From an uncultured Spirochaetota bacterium (GTDB lineage: Bacteria > Spirochaetota > Spirochaetia > SZUA-6 > Fen-1364): a stretch of 64,000 bases of DNA. Position numbers and translations under genes: made by a program. The notes beneath the pieces are model-generated. The model was not told the origin of the DNA, made no database searches, and was given only the letters and a program-made list of their open reading frames with translations. Shown one piece after another: positions 60,457 through 64,000 of this stretch. The number at the start of each line of letters is the position of its first letter. The first letter of the stretch is position 1. The stretch covers positions 1,056,001-1,120,000 of the forward strand of contig CAWGAA010000001.1 in assembly GCA_963820525.1 (NCBI GenBank), given 5' to 3'.

Positions 60457-61056
60457 TCACTTCTTTGTGTACAGGATGAAACAGCCCTTCACTTTTCGAC
60501 ACTCCAAATCCTGTAGACCAGCCGCGCGAAAAAGCCGTTCCATCTCCCTTCGCGAGTAAAAGTGATAAACACCGAATTTTAAAAAGGGCACAATGCCATT
60601 TGCCAAAACGCGAATGGGATTGGGAAAATCTAATTCCGCAATGAGAAGAAGGCCGTCCGGCTTGAGCACACGCAACATCTCCTTGAGCACCGCCATGGGC
60701 CGCGGGTAATGGTGGAAAGAAGAGGTGCATATCACGACGTCGAATTCGCGGTCGGGCCACGGCAGGAATTCGGAATCGCCGACCACGAGCCGGGCCTTAC
60801 CCGCAAGTCTTTGTCCCGCCTGTTTTATCATCTCGGGAGAGATGTCGATTCCGCTTATTTTTTTTCCTTCTTTCCACAGCATCTCCATGATTCTGCCGTC
60901 ACCGCAGCCCACGTCGAGAAGGGATTCACAGGCGAAACCGTTTATCAGCCGCGCGATTTCCTCATCCGCGTTCGAGCCCATGTGCGCCGTACCGTAATTC
61001 CCCGCCCACCTATCAAATTGCTTTTTTGATTTTTCCTTGTAAACCGCCGCTTGCAT
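60457..61056 (-). CDS. Class I SAM-dependent methyltransferase
   Basis: LLDVGCGDG, GIDISPEM, FDVV..SFHH, RVLKPDG; AGGAGG RBS. Confidence 0.9.
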   Translation of the reverse strand: MQAAVYKEKSKKQFDRWAGNYGTAHMGSNADEEIARLINGFACESLLDVGCGDGRIMEMLWKEGKKISGIDISPEMIKQAGQRLAGKARLVVGDSEFLPWPDREFDVVICTSSFHHYPRPMAVLKEMLRVLKPDGLLLIAELDFPNPIRVLANGIVPFLKFGVYHFYSRREMERLFRAAGLQDLECRKVKGCFILYTKK

Positions 61057-61554
61057 AAATTCCTCCTATACAATAATGGTCATATTATTGATAAAGGCAG
61101 CTGCGAGGGCTGCCCTTTCGTTAGTTAAAGTCCATACATTTTGAGTGCGCCCCGGGCAGAAGAATGATTAAGGCGGCAATAAAAATTAAGTGAAGTGATA
61201 AGTGTATTTATAGCCCTCCATACCGCGGGAGCTTCCGATTCCGCTCACATCCACTCCCCCCACCGGTTTGTTACTCCCTTTCCCGCACCGCCGAACTGAC
61301 GATCAAAGTAGAACCATCGATCGCCAGCGTCAAGATGGGATTTTATCGTGATCGCCCATGCACCAGCGGATCTGTGAGTATAATCGTCCCGCCACAGAGG
61401 GTAAAATCACTACTACGTCGCCCGGCAGGGGAGTAGATCCTACAACCCGATCATCCCTCCACGGGCGGCCCCCGGCCGGCCATTCGTAGGGATGCCAGCA
61501 CCATAAAGGCATATCTTCGCGCGCTCAACCAGGGTCCTTGATTAGCCGGACTCT

Positions 61555-61755
61555 GAATTCCATCCGCAGGAAGGCATGATGACCGTCGCGCAGCAGGTTG
61601 CGCACACAGCACAGGCTCTCGATTGGGTCATGGGTGGTCAGCCTATTCGCAACATCGTATGGTCTTTGGTCGATCACTGCGCGCATCACCGCGGCGCCCT
61701 GACCGTGTACTCCCTGTCGCTCGGAAAAGTGCCCCCGATACCGTACGGCGTCTGA
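61555..61755 (+). pseudogene. DinB-family fragment with apparent internal deletion
   Basis: Manual translation EFHPQEGMMTVAQQVAHTAQALDWVMGGQPI..DHCAHHRGALTVY..LGKVPPIPY. Confidence 0.65.
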
Positions 61756-61918
61756 ACGGATCGCTGTAACCATACGGCGCACCATCTCGTCATGTCGTCG
61801 CTTTTCTGTAAATCCGGAATCCGAAGCCCAGATGGACCCAGGGGTGTTTGGTGCCTGCTCGTACCCTCACCTTGCCGCCGCGCACAGCGTTTCGTGCGTT
61901 GCGGCAGTCATGAGGCGG

Positions 61919-61986
61919 TCTTCGATGAGGGCGGGAGGCCCGACGTTAGCCTTCGGTCTGCTGGCGGGAGCAGAGACTGAGTCGAA
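61919..61986 (+). repeat. att-like site copy 8, degenerate
   Basis: ggcgggagcagagactgagtcgaa compared with the tRNA flank gggggagctgagaccgagtcgaa; upstream arm reads LIED antisense. Confidence 0.7.
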
Positions 61987-62074
61987 TGAAACGATCAGAT
62001 GGCCAGGAGCGTGGGTATCTCATCGATTTTATTCTCATAGCAGTAAGTTCTGATATGAAGTGACCTGTCAAGCC

Positions 62075-62360
62075 TGCCCTCTTTTTTCCTCTTATCTGTT
62101 CCTCCTTGGGCGGGGCATTTCGAGCAAAGGTCGAAGCGGCGTTCGACGACGGCTGATCACTCTGATATTCGCGGATCGAGCGTCACTGCCCGCCTGCATA
62201 ATCGTGATCCGTCGGGAGCTGCCTCTGACTAAGAACGCGAGTCCGGTCGATATCGACCTGTCGCATAGAACCTATCGAGGATTCTCCTTTCCGTGTGCCG
62301 TGCGACCTTTGCCCGCAATACCCCACCATCATAGCTTGCTTACCTCGGCGCGGCGCACCC
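62075..62360 (-). ncRNA. Predicted bridge/seek RNA region of the IS
   Basis: Four short segments match both strands of the target (AGGTTCTA, CTTAG) and of the circle junction (ATTATG, ATATCAG). Confidence 0.65.
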
Positions 62361-62362
62361 TT

Positions 62363-63511
62363 CTACGCCGCGCCTTTTGCCTTCTGCGCCTGAGCGCTTT
62401 CCACGCTCACCCCGATGGCCCAGATGAATCCCAGCATCTCGCGTGCCACCGCAGTAACCACTTCCTGTCTTGATTTGCCTTTGCCCAGCAGGTGCATATA
62501 GCGGCTATGAAGGCGGTGACGTGCCTTCGATGCAACCTCCTGCACTTCCGCACTCAGGCCTTCCTGGCGCTTGCGCATGGCGAGGCTGAGCACTGGTTTG
62601 TAGCGTTGGGACCACGCCGCTTCCACTATGACGCGTCGCAAATGGGCGTTGCCGGTCTTGGTAATCCCTCCGCGGCGAGTCTTGCCGCCGCTGGAATGCT
62701 CGCTGGATACCACCCCGCTGTATCCCATGAGCTGACGCGGGTGCTCAAAGCGCGACAGCGTGCCCAATTCGGCCACGATCGTCACCGCCCCCACCTTCGC
62801 CACTCCCCGAAGCGCCTGCAGCGCTTGGATGAGTTCACGCATGCTCTCCGGCGCCTGCTCGACTGCCTCGTCGATCGCCTTCTCAAGCCGGACAATTCGT
62901 ACGCTAGTATGCTCCACTTCGTTGAGGTAGTCCTCCAAGGTCACCTGCTGGGGCCGCTGATCGAAGCTCACCTCCCGTTTGATCCAGTCGAGGTACTGTT
63001 GCGTCCACGACCGCATTGTCTGCGGCGGGCGTTTGCCATGCCGCAGAAGGTATTTCCCAAGTCGATGGCGAGCTCGGAGTTGGTCTTGCTTTGACGCCTC
63101 CCGCGCACGCACCAGGTCTCGCAGTGCCTCGTGTGCCGCATCGGGCACCCACACCGGCGTTAGCTCCCCAGCCCGAAAGCTGCAAGCCAACCGCTCGGCA
63201 TCCCGCCTGTCGGTCTTCACCCGATCCCCTGCCTTCGTTGGCACCAGTGTCGGCGCTATCACCACACAGGGGATCCCCAGCTTCGTCAGTTGCCAGTACA
63301 GCGTGTAGCCCGTCGGTCCGGCCTCGTAGCAAGCCGCCCACGCGCCCCCCTCATTGAGTTTCTTCACGAGCTTTCGAACGCTCTCCTCCCGATTGGGGAT
63401 GCTCCCGAGCCTGCGGACTGCCTCATCCTTTTCCGCCATCGCCGCCACGATGGTCTCCGCATGGGCATCGAGCCCTACAAAACGCCGCACTGCTGTGATA
63501 GCCTTCTTCAT
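62363..63511 (-). CDS. IS110 family transposase/recombinase
   Basis: VGLDAH, CYEAGPTG, KTDRRDA (DEDD), SEHSSG, ITKTGNAHLRR. Confidence 0.95.
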   Translation of the reverse strand: MKKAITAVRRFVGLDAHAETIVAAMAEKDEAVRRLGSIPNREESVRKLVKKLNEGGAWAACYEAGPTGYTLYWQLTKLGIPCVVIAPTLVPTKAGDRVKTDRRDAERLACSFRAGELTPVWVPDAAHEALRDLVRAREASKQDQLRARHRLGKYLLRHGKRPPQTMRSWTQQYLDWIKREVSFDQRPQQVTLEDYLNEVEHTSVRIVRLEKAIDEAVEQAPESMRELIQALQALRGVAKVGAVTIVAELGTLSRFEHPRQLMGYSGVVSSEHSSGGKTRRGGITKTGNAHLRRVIVEAAWSQRYKPVLSLAMRKRQEGLSAEVQEVASKARHRLHSRYMHLLGKGKSRQEVVTAVAREMLGFIWAIGVSVESAQAQKAKGAA

Positions 63512-63604
63512 GACCGCCTCCTTCGTATGTAGCTCTGCGCTACTTTCACCCGATCGCAGCGCAATCTACGATGCTACGATCGGGGCGGTCACTTCATTAT
63601 GACT

Positions 63605-63678
63605 AAGCTCGTCCAATAGGGGGAGCTGAGACAGAGTCGAACTGGCTCTCTTTGGCTAAGACCATGGGGAGCCGGTTC
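63605..63678 (+). repeat. att-like site copy 9; its upstream arm (61995-62051) is displaced by the IS
   Basis: gggggagctgagacagagtcgaactggctctc..ggggagccggttc is close to the tRNA downstream flank. Confidence 0.9.
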
Positions 63679-63872
63679 TTCTTCGGCCTCTTCCACGCCG
63701 GCTCCTTTCAAATAGTGCTAGAATACTTTGTTGTTTCTGCGAGGTGCAAATACTACCAGTGTCAACGCTCGGTGAGCTGCGCAGACTAGGTCATCAGGAA
63801 TCTGCCGGATGGCTATGGAAGCTTGTCGCAGACCAGGGAAAGATGTAGACTTCACATGAGAGGCCACTTGTC

Positions 63873-64000
63873 ATGATGATAGATACAGAGAGAGAAGAGG
63901 ATGGCCGCTGGATCGCCGAGGTTCCCGATTTACCTGGTGTGTTGGTCTATTCAACAACACGGACCGCGGCGATTGCGAAAGCAAAGGCTATGGCTCTTCG
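63873..64000 (+). CDS. HicB family antitoxin, partial; runs off the window
   Basis: Manual translation MMIDTEREEDGRWIAEVPDLPGVLVYSTTRTAAIAKAKAMAL. Confidence 0.82.
   Translation, partial: MMIDTEREEDGRWIAEVPDLPGVLVYSTTRTAAIAKAKAMAL

Larger units (their letters stand above)
62052..63604 (-). mobile_element. Complete IS110-family element with IS1111-type layout
   Basis: Sub-terminal inverted repeats atgaagtgacc (62055-65) and ggtcacttcat (63587-97); CT at both junctions (62050-51, 63603-04); about 300 bp non-coding region 3' of the transposase. Confidence 0.88.

Noticed and set aside
61330..61512. MoaD/ThiS-like tail TPLPGDVVVILPSVAG
   Set aside because: Too short and lacks the terminal GG; cannot be supported without a search.
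39198..64000. Classical integron (intI/attC) or prophage
   Set aside because: No tyrosine integrase, no attC-type R/L box hairpins recognised, and no phage structural genes; the repeats derive from the tRNA.

Overview
GC-rich bacterial window, most likely a free-living spirochaete (Spirochaetia), judged from spirochaete-type FlgK/FlgL, FliM/FliG and a PilZ protein. About 1-39 kb is mostly core genome: flgL-flgK-flgN-like, trxB, lipoate ligase, GH3, GNAT, an mrfB-mrfA-like pair, glgC, mfd, ftsH, trpS, pfk, galM, metK and a radical SAM enzyme. It also holds a MarR/ring-cleavage operon, a SAM-II-like riboswitch before metK, and an AraC-linked operon ending in a FliM-FliG fusion. That fusion lacks the CheY-binding and FliF-binding parts and has charge-reversed stator-contact residues. 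From tRNA-Asn(GTT) at 39125-39197 to the window end is an accessory region with nine copies (counting the tRNA itself) of the tRNA 3'-end core GGGGGAGC plus conserved arms. Read antisense to the core, the arms look like fossil C-termini of large serine recombinases. They divide the region into units with no intact integrase: a primase-helicase cluster, two ~1 kb toxin-antitoxin-only units, glycan enzymes, a methyltransferase and many gene fragments. An IS110/IS1111-type element sits inside one site, and its 3' non-coding region carries guide-like matches to both that site and its own ends. Several single-base frameshifts in otherwise intact genes look like sequencing or assembly errors. All family calls come from motif recognition by eye; no searches were run.
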